Below are positions 1 to 6,460 of a stretch of DNA of 6,460 bases, piece after piece. The first letter of the stretch is position 1; each line of letters starts with the position of its first letter. The DNA lies in NCBI GenBank assembly GCA_023136205.1, contig JAGLRQ010000017.1, positions 1 to 6,460 on the forward strand. Reading direction: 5' to 3'. The translations under genes and the position numbers were made by a program. Source of the stretch: Candidatus Auribacterota bacterium. GTDB taxonomy: Bacteria; Auribacterota; UBA6266. Under the pieces are notes generated by a model. It was not told where the DNA came from, did not search any database, and saw only the letters and a list, made by a program, of their open reading frames with translations.

Positions 1-3000
1 CCTTTATTCCCATGGCGGCCGGCCATTTTATCTCCAACCTCAAGTTTCCTCTTGCTGGCAATATATACTTTAACCTGTTTTATAACACCTGGTTCAAGCT
101 CATCACCTTTTTTCAATCTTTCAAGTTCTCTTTCCTCTTCTGTCTCGAATTTTTCAATCAGGTAATCGTACTTTGCAAGTAGTTTTTTAATTTGGGATCT
201 TATTTTTATATCTTCCTCTGTTATATCCAGCTCCGAATAGTTTAAATCTTCCAGCTTGTTTACATGGTTTTTAACTATTTTTTTGCCTGCCTGAATAATA
301 ACTTCACCCGTATTTATGTTTACAACATCTGACTTAATAGTCTTTCCCAAAAGGAGATTATTAAGTTCTTCACTTTTTCCTTTATTTACCTGGCTTATTT
401 TTTCAGCTTTATTATTTGAGATAGCTTTAACAAGCCTGCGTTCTTCTTTTTTCTGGACGTCAGTCCTTGGCCGTTCCTTTCTCGAAAAGACTTTAACATC
501 CATAACAATTCCTTCAGTACCTGAAGGAATCCTAAGAGATGTATCCCTTACATCCGCGGCTTTCTCTCCGAAAATAGCTCTTAAAAGCTTTTCTTCCGGC
601 AAAAGTTCCGTTTCACTCTTGGGAGTAATCTTACCTACAAGAATGTTGCCGGCTCTAACCTCGGCTCCAATACGAACTATCCCATCTTCTCCAAGATCTT
701 TAAGCGCTTCTTCCCCGATATTCGGAATATCTCTTGTAATTTCTTCTTTCCCTATTTTTGTTTCCCTCGCGCTCACGTCAAATTCTTCAATGTGTATAGA
801 TGTATAAATATCTTCCTTAACTATCTTTTCACTTATAAGGATAGCATCCTCAAAGTTATATCCGCCCCATGGCATAAAAGCACAAAGGACATTTCTTCCA
901 AGGGCAAGTTCTCCTCCTCTTGTTCCAGGCCCATCAGCAATTACCTGCCCTTTTACAACTTTGTCTCCTTTTTTCACAATGGGTTTCTGATTGAAACACG
1001 TCCCTGCATTAGAACGAAGATACTTTCTCAGATAATAAACCTTGTTTCCAATATAAATTTCAGTCGCGTCTACATAAGTTATAACCCCCGATTCTTCAGC
1101 TACAACCAGAACCCCGGAATCCTTTGCGGATTTCGATTCAAGTCCGGTAGCTACAAGCGGCTGGTCGGTGCTGAGCAAAGGGACTGCCTGGCGCTGCATA
1201 TTCGAACCCATAAGAGCACGGTTAGCGTCATCATGTTCCAAAAACGGGATAAGCCCCGCTGCAATGCTGATAAGCTGTTTTGGAGAAACATCCATGTAAT
1301 CAACCTTACTTGCTTCTATCGTCCCAAACTCTCCTTTACATCTTGCCAGAACTCCATCATTGACAAATTTGCCTTTAGAATCTACGCTCGCGTTAGCCTG
1401 AGCAATAACACATTCAGTTTCTTCATCTGCAGCAAGGTAATCTATTTTATCCGTAACCCTACCATTCTCAACTTTGCAATATGGTGTTTCGACAAATCCA
1501 TATTCATTCACCCGCGCGTATGCGCTAAGGTAAGATATAAGCCCAATATTCGGACCTTCGGGAGTCTGTATAGGACAGATTCTTCCATAATGGCTCGGAT
1601 GAATGTCTCGAACTTCAAAACCTGCCCTTTCCCTGCTTAATCCTCCCGGTCCGAGGGCACTTAACCTCCTCTTATGAGCAAGTTCCGCTAATGGATTGGT
1701 CTGATCCATAAACTGGGAAAGCTGGCTTCTTCCGAAAAACTCTTTAATCACACTTGAAAGAGATTTTGGGCTTACCAGCTTGTGAGGAACCAAGCGGTCT
1801 TCCGCGTCAATATCATGTAGAGTCATTTTTTCTTTTATCAGGCGCTCCATTCTCACAAGCCCTGCCCTGAACTGATTTTCCAGGAGTTCTCCAACCGATC
1901 GAACTCTCCTGTTACCAAGATGGTCAATATCATCAATATGGCCAACGCCATCCCGAAGTGCAATTAAATATCTAATGGCCTCCGCTATGTCACGGTTGTC
2001 AAGAGTTGTCGCAGAAAGCCCCTCTTCCGTGAGAGGAAGCCCCAGTTTATTGTTAAGCTTAAACCTTCCGACTCTACCGAGGTCATATCTTTTCTTGTCA
2101 GAGAAAAGGCGTTGAATCATTCCCTCCACGTTAGCTTTATTTACAGGATCTCCCGGTCGCAATCTCTTAAATATATCTATAAGCGCTTCATCTTTTGAAG
2201 AAGTTGAATCTTTCTTTATCATTTTCAAAACAGGATGATTTTCTGCCGCGCCCTTAAGCAAAAATATAGATTTCACTTCCCCATCTTGAAACATTTTAAA
2301 AAGCTTGCTGTTCAGAGAGCTGCCCGCTTTTGCAAGTGTTATTTTGGCGTCTTCATCTATAACATTTCTTGCAAGGATTTTTCCCTCAAGCTCTTTCTCG
2401 GATATTTTGGATGTAATTTTTACCTCTTCCGTCTGAAAGAAGTAATTAAGAAGTTCTTCATTGGTCCCGTAGCCAAGCGCACGGAGAAAAGTTGTCGCTA
2501 AAATTTTCTTTCTTCTGGTACTTCTATCAAGAAAAATATAAATCAGGTCGTTCTGGTCAAATTTAACCTCCAACCATGACCCCCTGTAAGGAATTATCTT
2601 AAAAGAAAAAAGAATATGTCCTCTTGTGTGCACTTCCTGCTCATAACATATGCCGGGAGATCTGTGCAACTGGCTCACAACTACTCTCTCAACCCCGTTT
2701 ATAACAAATGTCCCACTGGAAGTCATCCCTGGAAGATTGCCCATATAAACTTCTTCTTCTTCAACATGCCCGCCCTGATGAAGTCTGAAGGTAACCTTTA
2801 GCGGCATCTCATATGTCATACCGCGTCTCATACATTCCAACTCGTCATATTTCGGAACACCAAGTTTATATTTTACAAATTCCAGCGTACGGCTCTCATC
2901 ATAATTCTTAATGGGAAACACTCCACTAAATACGGCCTGAAGTCCCATATCCTCTCTTTCTTCGGGAAGAACATGTTCCTGAAGAAACTTAGAATATGAT

Positions 3001-3089
3001 CCCGTTTGAATCTCCACAAGGTATGGAAGACTCATGGGCTCCTTTAATCGAGAATAAGATATTCTTTCATTATTCGGTTTTTTCGACAT
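1..3089 (-). CDS. rpoB: DNA-directed RNA polymerase beta subunit (RpoB). N-terminal 1029 codons; the C-terminal part lies beyond the left edge of the window.
   Basis: I translated the minus strand by hand from ATG 3089 (codon first bases at 3089, 3086 ... 5, 2) and found no stop codon down to position 1. The N-terminus reads [37 protein letters not shown]. Hallmark RpoB motifs are present: [153 protein letters not shown], and [12 protein letters not shown] at 35..1. The start and the last motif are in the same frame, since 3089-8 is divisible by 3. A weak SD-like GGGGA lies about 9 nt upstream of the ATG. By analogy with E. coli, roughly 250-300 residues are missing off-window. Confidence 0.97.
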   Translation of the reverse strand, partial: [1029 protein letters not shown]

Positions 3090-3179
3090 AATTTGCTTTC
3101 CCCATTATAGGTAAGGTTTATGCTGCCGGTTTCCCCCGCGGAAAATATTACACGGGACCTACACTTACCGGGAATCAAT

Positions 3180-3632
3180 TTATTTCAGCTCTACTTTTGC
3201 TCCGGCAGCTTCGAGTTTCTTTTTAATCTCTTCAGCTTCTTCCTTCGCAATGTTCTCTTTAACCGGTTTTGGAGCATTATCTACAAGTTCCTTGGCTTCT
3301 TTTAATCCAAGGCTTGTGACTGATCTGACTTCTTTAATTACATTGATCTTCTTGTCTCCTGTACTGACAAGAACAACAGTAAACTCTGTTTTTTCTTCAA
3401 CGGCAGATCCAGCACCACCGGCAGCAGGTGCCGCAACAGCCGCAACAGGCGCCGCAGCTGATACTCCAAACCTGTCTTCAATAGCTTTAACAAGCTCTGA
3501 AAGCTCAAGAACCGTCATCTCCTCAATAGATTTAATTATTTTTTCCATTTTTGGCGATACTTTTATCTCTTTCTTTTCCTCAACTTTTTCTTCTTTTTTC
3601 TCCGCAACCGCGGCTTTTTCTTCGCTAACCAT
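3180..3632 (-). CDS. rplL: 50S ribosomal protein L7/L12. The start is uncertain: ATG 3632 gives 150 aa and internal ATG 3548 gives a canonical 122 aa.
   Basis: The translation contains the canonical L7/L12 architecture. There is an N-terminal dimerisation helix region ([29 protein letters not shown]), an Ala/Pro/Gly hinge ([23 protein letters not shown]), and a C-terminal domain ([70 protein letters not shown]). The stop is TAA at 3180..3182. Its position directly after rplJ is the conserved one. Confidence 0.93.
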   Translation of the reverse strand: MVSEEKAAVAEKKEEKVEEKKEIKVSPKMEKIIKSIEEMTVLELSELVKAIEDRFGVSAAAPVAAVAAPAAGGAGSAVEEKTEFTVVLVSTGDKKINVIKEVRSVTSLGLKEAKELVDNAPKPVKENIAKEEAEEIKKKLEAAGAKVELK

Positions 3633-3640
3633 TTTAAAAT

Positions 3641-3646
3641 CCTCCT
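3641..3646 (-). promoter_or_regulatory. Shine-Dalgarno sequence AGGAGG, 8 nt upstream of ATG 3632
   Basis: The plus strand reads cctcct at 3641..3646, which is AGGAGG on the minus strand. The context is TAAAAGGAGGATTTTAAAATG. It sits inside the 19-nt rplJ-rplL spacer. Confidence 0.75.
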
Positions 3647-3651
3647 TTTAT

Positions 3652-4173
3652 TTAATTCAGCTTGACTTTCTTTTCCCTGATTGCATTTATCGCGTAAACC
3701 ACACTGCTAAGTTTGGCATTGAGTACACGGGCAAACGACGCTATCGGAGCTTGTATTGTTCCCGCAACAATACCAAGAAGAACTTCCCTTGAAGGCAGTT
3801 CTGCCAGTGTTTTGATTTCCATGTGATCCATCAGCTTTTCATCAAGGATACCTGCTTTGAGCTCAAGCTTACCCGTCTTCTTGTTAAAATCAACAAGAAT
3901 CTTTGCTCCGGCAGCAACATCCTTACCCAAAAAAGCTACTGCTGTCGGGCCTTTAAGATGCTTTTCCAGTCCTTCAATCCCCAATTCTTTAGCGGTTATA
4001 TTGAAAAGCCTGTTTTTAACCACCATAAAGTTCACAGAATTTCCCGAAAGGATATTTCTCAACCCATTCATTTCTTCAACTGTTAATCCAACGTAATCGG
4101 CAAGTACAAATGAACCGCAAGCCTCCAGTTTTTGCTTAATTTCCTTTACAGCTAACCTTTTCTCAGGTCTCAC
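3652..4173 (-). CDS. rplJ: 50S ribosomal protein L10
   Basis: 173 aa, with typical L10 sequence and length: MRPEKRLAVKEIKQKLEACGSFVLADYVGLTVEEMNGLRNIL...VKNRL...LKGPTAVAF. The start is GTG at 4173, where the plus strand reads cac at 4171..4173. The stop is TAA at 3652..3654. The gene has the conserved position between rplA and rplL. Confidence 0.95.
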   Translation of the reverse strand: MRPEKRLAVKEIKQKLEACGSFVLADYVGLTVEEMNGLRNILSGNSVNFMVVKNRLFNITAKELGIEGLEKHLKGPTAVAFLGKDVAAGAKILVDFNKKTGKLELKAGILDEKLMDHMEIKTLAELPSREVLLGIVAGTIQAPIASFARVLNAKLSSVVYAINAIREKKVKLN

Positions 4174-4180
4174 TTTATGT

Positions 4181-4188
4181 CTCCCTCT
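4181..4188 (-). promoter_or_regulatory. Shine-Dalgarno-like AGAGGGAG, 7 nt upstream of the rplJ GTG start
   Basis: The plus strand reads ctccctct at 4181..4188. The minus-strand context is AAAGAGGGAGACATAAAGTG. Confidence 0.65.
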
Positions 4189-4241
4189 TTAAAAATTCTC
4201 AAGTCTTAATAAGTTTCTATTAATTTTGCTCTTATTTATTA

Positions 4242-4940
4242 TCAACCTGTATATATTTCTTTCATATCCAGACTAAGCCCTGGTCCCATTGTCGAGGTCA
4301 GGGTTACGTTTCTTATGTAAGAGCCCTTGGCTGCAGCCGGCTTGGCTTTTACAATTGCATTTATTACGGTACGCGCGTTATCAACAATCTGTCCTTCATT
4401 AAAAGACGCTTTTCCCACAAAAGCATGCAGGTTCGCGGTTTTATCCGTTTTTATTTCTATCTTGCCGGCTTTAACTTCTTTTACGGCCTGGCCAATATCT
4501 TGAGAAACTGTGCCGGCTTTTGGGGAAGGCATCAATCCTTTAGGGCCAAGAACCCTGCCCAGCTTTCCGATAACCTTCATTGAAGCCGGGACTGCCACAA
4601 TAACATCAAAATCAAACCAGCCTTTTGCTATTTTATCCGCCAGCTCCACCATGCCAACTTCATCCGCGCCGGCTGCTTTAGCTTCATCGGCAGCAGCTCC
4701 ATCAGCAAAAGCGACAACTTTTATGTTCTTGCCTGTTCCATGAGGAAGCTTTACGGTAGAACGAACCATTTGATCTGAATGCTTGGGATCTATCCCAAGT
4801 TTAAAGGCCATTTCTATGCTTTCATCAAATTTTGCTGTTGCATTTTCTTTAACCAATTTTACAGCTTCAGAAAGAGTATATTCTTTTTTCTCTTTTACCT
4901 TATCCTGTGCCACACTATATCTCTTGCTTTGTTTACTCAT
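4242..4940 (-). CDS. rplA: 50S ribosomal protein L1
   Basis: 232 aa, canonical L1: ...[34 protein letters not shown]...GADEVG...[35 protein letters not shown]...[24 protein letters not shown]. The ATG at 4940 overlaps the rplK TGA stop (ATGA, 4937..4940). GAGGTGG lies 4-5 nt upstream at 4945..4951. The stop is TGA at 4242..4244. Confidence 0.97.
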   Translation of the reverse strand: MSKQSKRYSVAQDKVKEKKEYTLSEAVKLVKENATAKFDESIEMAFKLGIDPKHSDQMVRSTVKLPHGTGKNIKVVAFADGAAADEAKAAGADEVGMVELADKIAKGWFDFDVIVAVPASMKVIGKLGRVLGPKGLMPSPKAGTVSQDIGQAVKEVKAGKIEIKTDKTANLHAFVGKASFNEGQIVDNARTVINAIVKAKPAAAKGSYIRNVTLTSTMGPGLSLDMKEIYTG

Positions 4941-5362
4941 TTTTCCACCTCTATACCCATACTGCGGGCAGTACCCGCAATAGTTCTTTCAGCTGCTTCA
5001 ATTGTTTTTGCATTCAAGTCTTTCTTTTTCGCTTTTGCAATTTCTTTTAACTGCTCTTTTGTAATTTTGCCTACTTTGTCTCTGTTGGGAACACCTGACC
5101 CTACAGCAACATTAGCTGCTTTCTTAAGAAGAGCAGATGCCGGAGGCTGTTTTGTTATAAAAGTGAACTTTCTATCCTGGTAAACACTAATAACAACAGG
5201 GATAATGAGCCCACCCTTATCTTTTGTGGCAGCGTTAAACTGTTTGCAAAAATCCATTATATTTACCCCATGCTGCCCTAATGCCGGACCAACTGGGGGA
5301 GCCGGAGTTGCCTGACCTGCCTGAATATGCAGTTTTATTATTGCCGTTACTTTCTTTGCCAT
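4937..5362 (-). CDS. rplK: 50S ribosomal protein L11
   Basis: 141 aa, canonical L11: [44 protein letters not shown]...[16 protein letters not shown]...GSG.PN...VGKIT..QL.EIA..K..DLNA. The start is ATG at 5362, with GGAGG at 5367..5371. The TGA stop overlaps the rplA start. Confidence 0.97.
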   Translation of the reverse strand: MAKKVTAIIKLHIQAGQATPAPPVGPALGQHGVNIMDFCKQFNAATKDKGGLIIPVVISVYQDRKFTFITKQPPASALLKKAANVAVGSGVPNRDKVGKITKEQLKEIAKAKKKDLNAKTIEAAERTIAGTARSMGIEVEK

Positions 5363-5380
5363 TTTTCCTCCAAGCCTTCT

Positions 5381-5917
5381 TTACTCTTTTTCCACTTGCC
5401 AGTATTCCAGTTCAACAGGAGTAGCACGTCCAAAAATGGTAACCATTACCCTAAGCTTGCCTCTGTCAGGGTCAATATCTTCTATATTTCCATCAAGATT
5501 AACAAATGGCCCATCTTTTATCTTCACTGCTTCACCTTTTTCAAAATCTATTTTGGGTTTTACTTTTTCTTTCTTCTCCTCAATCTGATCTAAAATATCA
5601 TTTATCTCATGCTCCTGAAGAGGAACGGGTGTTCCTGAGCCGATAAAACCAAGAACCGCAGGTGCATTTTTTATCACATAATAAGTATTTTCATCCATTT
5701 CCATGTTTACAAGTATATATCCGGGAAAAAACTTTCTGGGGGTAATTTTTCTTTTTCCAGACTTAACTTCTGAAACATTTTCCGTTGGAATTAAAACCTG
5801 CGGAATTCTTTCCTCCATACCTTCCGCTTTAATCCTTTTTTCAAGAGAACCCAGTGCTTTCTTTTCCTGTCCTGAAAGAACATGTACTACATACCATTTC
5901 TTTTCAACCATTACCAC
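5381..5917 (-). CDS. nusG: Transcription termination/antitermination factor NusG
   Basis: 178 aa. There is an NGN domain (KKWYVVHVLSGQEKKA...FPGYILVNMEMDENTYYVIKNAPAVLGFIG) and a C-terminal KOW domain (FEKGEAVKIKDGPFVNLDGNIEDIDPDRGKLRVMVTIFGRATPVELEYWQVEK). The track start at 5917 is a GTG. The ATG two codons downstream, at 5911, is preceded by TAAGGTG (about 7 nt spacing), which overlaps the secE stop, so 5911 may be the real start. The stop is TAA at 5381..5383. Confidence 0.95.
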   Translation of the reverse strand: MVMVEKKWYVVHVLSGQEKKALGSLEKRIKAEGMEERIPQVLIPTENVSEVKSGKRKITPRKFFPGYILVNMEMDENTYYVIKNAPAVLGFIGSGTPVPLQEHEINDILDQIEEKKEKVKPKIDFEKGEAVKIKDGPFVNLDGNIEDIDPDRGKLRVMVTIFGRATPVELEYWQVEKE

Positions 5918-5920
5918 ACC

Positions 5921-6340
5921 TTATAAATGAATTAACACATTAACTATTTTAGAAACAACAACATCCGTAATCCCGATAAACATAGCAACAAAAACTGTAG
6001 CCACAATCACAACTCCGGTTGAACTTATAAGTTCTTTCCTGGATGACCAGGATACTTTCTTCACTTCGCTCTCTGTATCAATAAGGAAGGTAGCTACTTT
6101 GGGGTGGTTTGCAAGAAAAAGGCCAAAAATAAAAACCATACAGAAAACTGCACCTGAAACAACGTGGACCCAGGAAAGGTTTATCCCAACAAAATCCATC
6201 TTGAAAAATGGCTTGTTAAGCGACGACTCCAACGGTATAAATGAATACACCCATCTTGAAAGAAGCAACCCAATCAGCCCAAAAAAAACAATTGCAGAGC
6301 CCCTCGATATCTGTCCCTGTTCCGGTCTAAAAACTTTCAT
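5921..6340 (-). CDS. secE: Preprotein translocase subunit SecE (long form, three predicted transmembrane helices)
   Basis: 139 aa. The C-terminal third, FLIDTESEVKKVSWSSRKELISSTGVVIVATVFVAMFIGITDVVVSKIV, matches the conserved SecE amphipathic segment plus essential TM (compare E. coli ...[42 protein letters not shown], from memory). Two further hydrophobic helices lie upstream: GSAIVFFGLIGLLLSRWVYSFI and WVHVVSGAVFCMVFIFGLFLA. The position immediately upstream of nusG is the universally conserved one. The start is ATG at 6340, with an in-frame TAA at 6359..6361, so no longer form is possible. AAGAGGT lies about 13 nt upstream, which is long spacing. Confidence 0.88.
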   Translation of the reverse strand: MKVFRPEQGQISRGSAIVFFGLIGLLLSRWVYSFIPLESSLNKPFFKMDFVGINLSWVHVVSGAVFCMVFIFGLFLANHPKVATFLIDTESEVKKVSWSSRKELISSTGVVIVATVFVAMFIGITDVVVSKIVNVLIHL

Positions 6341-6417
6341 TTTCTTTGCATTAACCTCTTAACTTTTTTAAAAAATATCTTTTTCCCTTTAAGCCAAAAC
6401 CTCTCCCACACTAAAAC

Positions 6418-6460
6418 TGGCAGGCCAGGAGGGATTCGAACCCACAACATCCGGTTTTGG
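6418..6460 (-). tRNA. trpT: tRNA-Trp (anticodon CCA), 3' half only; the 5' half lies beyond the right edge of the window
   Basis: The reverse complement reads CCAAAACCGGATGTTGTGGGTTCGAATCCCTCCTGGCCTGCCA. It parses as anticodon CCA then AA, anticodon-stem 3' strand ACCGG, 5-nt variable loop ATGTT, T-arm GTGGG/TTCGAAT/CCCTC (one U:U at 50:64), acceptor 3' strand CTGGCCT, discriminator G, and an encoded CCA. The layout closely parallels the E. coli tRNA-Trp 3' half as I recall it (CCAAAACCGGGUGUUGGGAGUUCGAGUCUCUCCGCCCCUGCCA). A tRNA-Trp upstream of secE-nusG is a common bacterial arrangement. Confidence 0.85.

Noticed and set aside
316-2801. Plus-strand ORFs 316..807 (163 aa), 792..1640 (282 aa), 2235..2501 and 2616..2801, which could be read as novel genes
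   Set aside because: They lie entirely antisense to the uninterrupted rpoB reading frame, which carries all the canonical motifs. Their translations are low-complexity and rich in Ser/Phe/Leu/Ile/Cys/Arg, with no recognisable domain or RBS. Long antisense shadow ORFs are expected opposite strongly codon-biased, highly conserved genes.
3104-3109. A perfect TATAAT hexamer on the minus strand, 15 nt upstream of the rpoB ATG
   Set aside because: There is no acceptable -35 at 16-18 nt spacing (AAACCG) and no TG extension. A start about 7 nt downstream would fall inside or after the weak SD, leaving a leader of about 8 nt. In AT-rich DNA such hexamers arise by chance. I do not call it a promoter.
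3090-3179. Longer-range complementary segments in the rplL-rpoB spacer (CCGGU/ACCGG and GGUAAG/CUUACC), which suggest alternative folds
   Set aside because: About one 5-6-bp complement is expected by chance in a 90-nt segment. The two pairings are mutually exclusive and cannot be extended. This is not statistically meaningful without covariation data.
3120-3792. Plus-strand ORFs 3120..3305 and 3250..3792 (180 aa, with a poly-Ala/Thr/Ser stretch)
   Set aside because: They are antisense to rplL and rplJ. The AAGAATAATGAAA stretch is simply the mirror of the L12 Ala-rich hinge codons. There is no independent coding evidence.
4242-4940. Possibility of an alternative genetic code (TGA reassignment, as in some candidate phyla)
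   Set aside because: rplK and rplA both end at TGA exactly where their homologues end. No in-frame TGA interrupts any of the seven CDS. The adjacent tRNA-Trp has the standard CCA anticodon. All of this fits the standard bacterial code.
6281-6288. An 8-nt homopolymer (A8 on the plus strand, T8 on the coding strand) inside secE, as a possible slippage or phase-variation tract
   Set aside because: It encodes Phe-Phe within TM1 (IVFFGL) of an essential gene and the frame is intact. It is best explained by AT-rich codon usage.
3823-6362. Remaining plus-strand ORFs (3823..4086, 3857..4096, 4510..4743, 4779..5183, 4783..4983, 5327..5593, 5703..5930, 6099..6362)
   Set aside because: Each is nested antisense within rplJ, rplA, rplK, nusG or secE. 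They are short and compositionally non-protein-like, and the minus-strand genes fully account for the sequence.
6341-6417. The tRNA-Trp to secE spacer, including a T6A6 palindrome (6364..6375) and a TTGGCT...TATTTT pair that might be a promoter
   Set aside because: The TTGGCT/TATTTT spacing is about 14 nt, which is too short. The A/T tract is plain low-complexity sequence. No terminator hairpin follows the tRNA. Co-transcription with the tRNA or an unrecognised promoter are both possible, and neither can be supported from sequence alone.
6341-6417. Absence of rpmG (L33) between tRNA-Trp and secE
   Set aside because: rpmG precedes secE in some lineages, such as Bacillus and Thermotoga. In others, such as mycobacteria and chlamydiae, tRNA-Trp abuts secE directly. 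This is normal variation in gene order, not an anomaly.

Overview
This window is an ordinary, highly conserved bacterial housekeeping locus. It is the translation/transcription cluster tRNA-Trp - secE - nusG - rplK - rplA - rplJ - rplL - rpoB, and every gene is on the minus strand. The DNA is AT-rich and the genes are tightly packed. The spacers are 3, 18, -4 (ATGA overlap), 68, 19 and 90 nt. rpoB is missing from the ORF track only because it runs off the left edge. I translated its frame by hand from ATG 3089 down to position 1. It is open for 1029 codons and carries all the hallmark RpoB motifs. The plus-strand ORFs in the track are antisense shadow ORFs of these genes. I see no mobile element, CRISPR array, long repeat, defence or toxin-like gene, frameshift, pseudogene or sign of genetic recoding, and no credible evidence of a novel system. 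The only things worth a second look are modest. L7/L12 may carry a 28-residue Lys/Glu-rich N-terminal extension, or else a long purine-rich leader. SecE is the long three-helix form. The intergenic spacers are too short or too unstructured to hold the classical L1 and L10 autoregulatory leaders or the rplL-rpoB attenuator known from E. coli.
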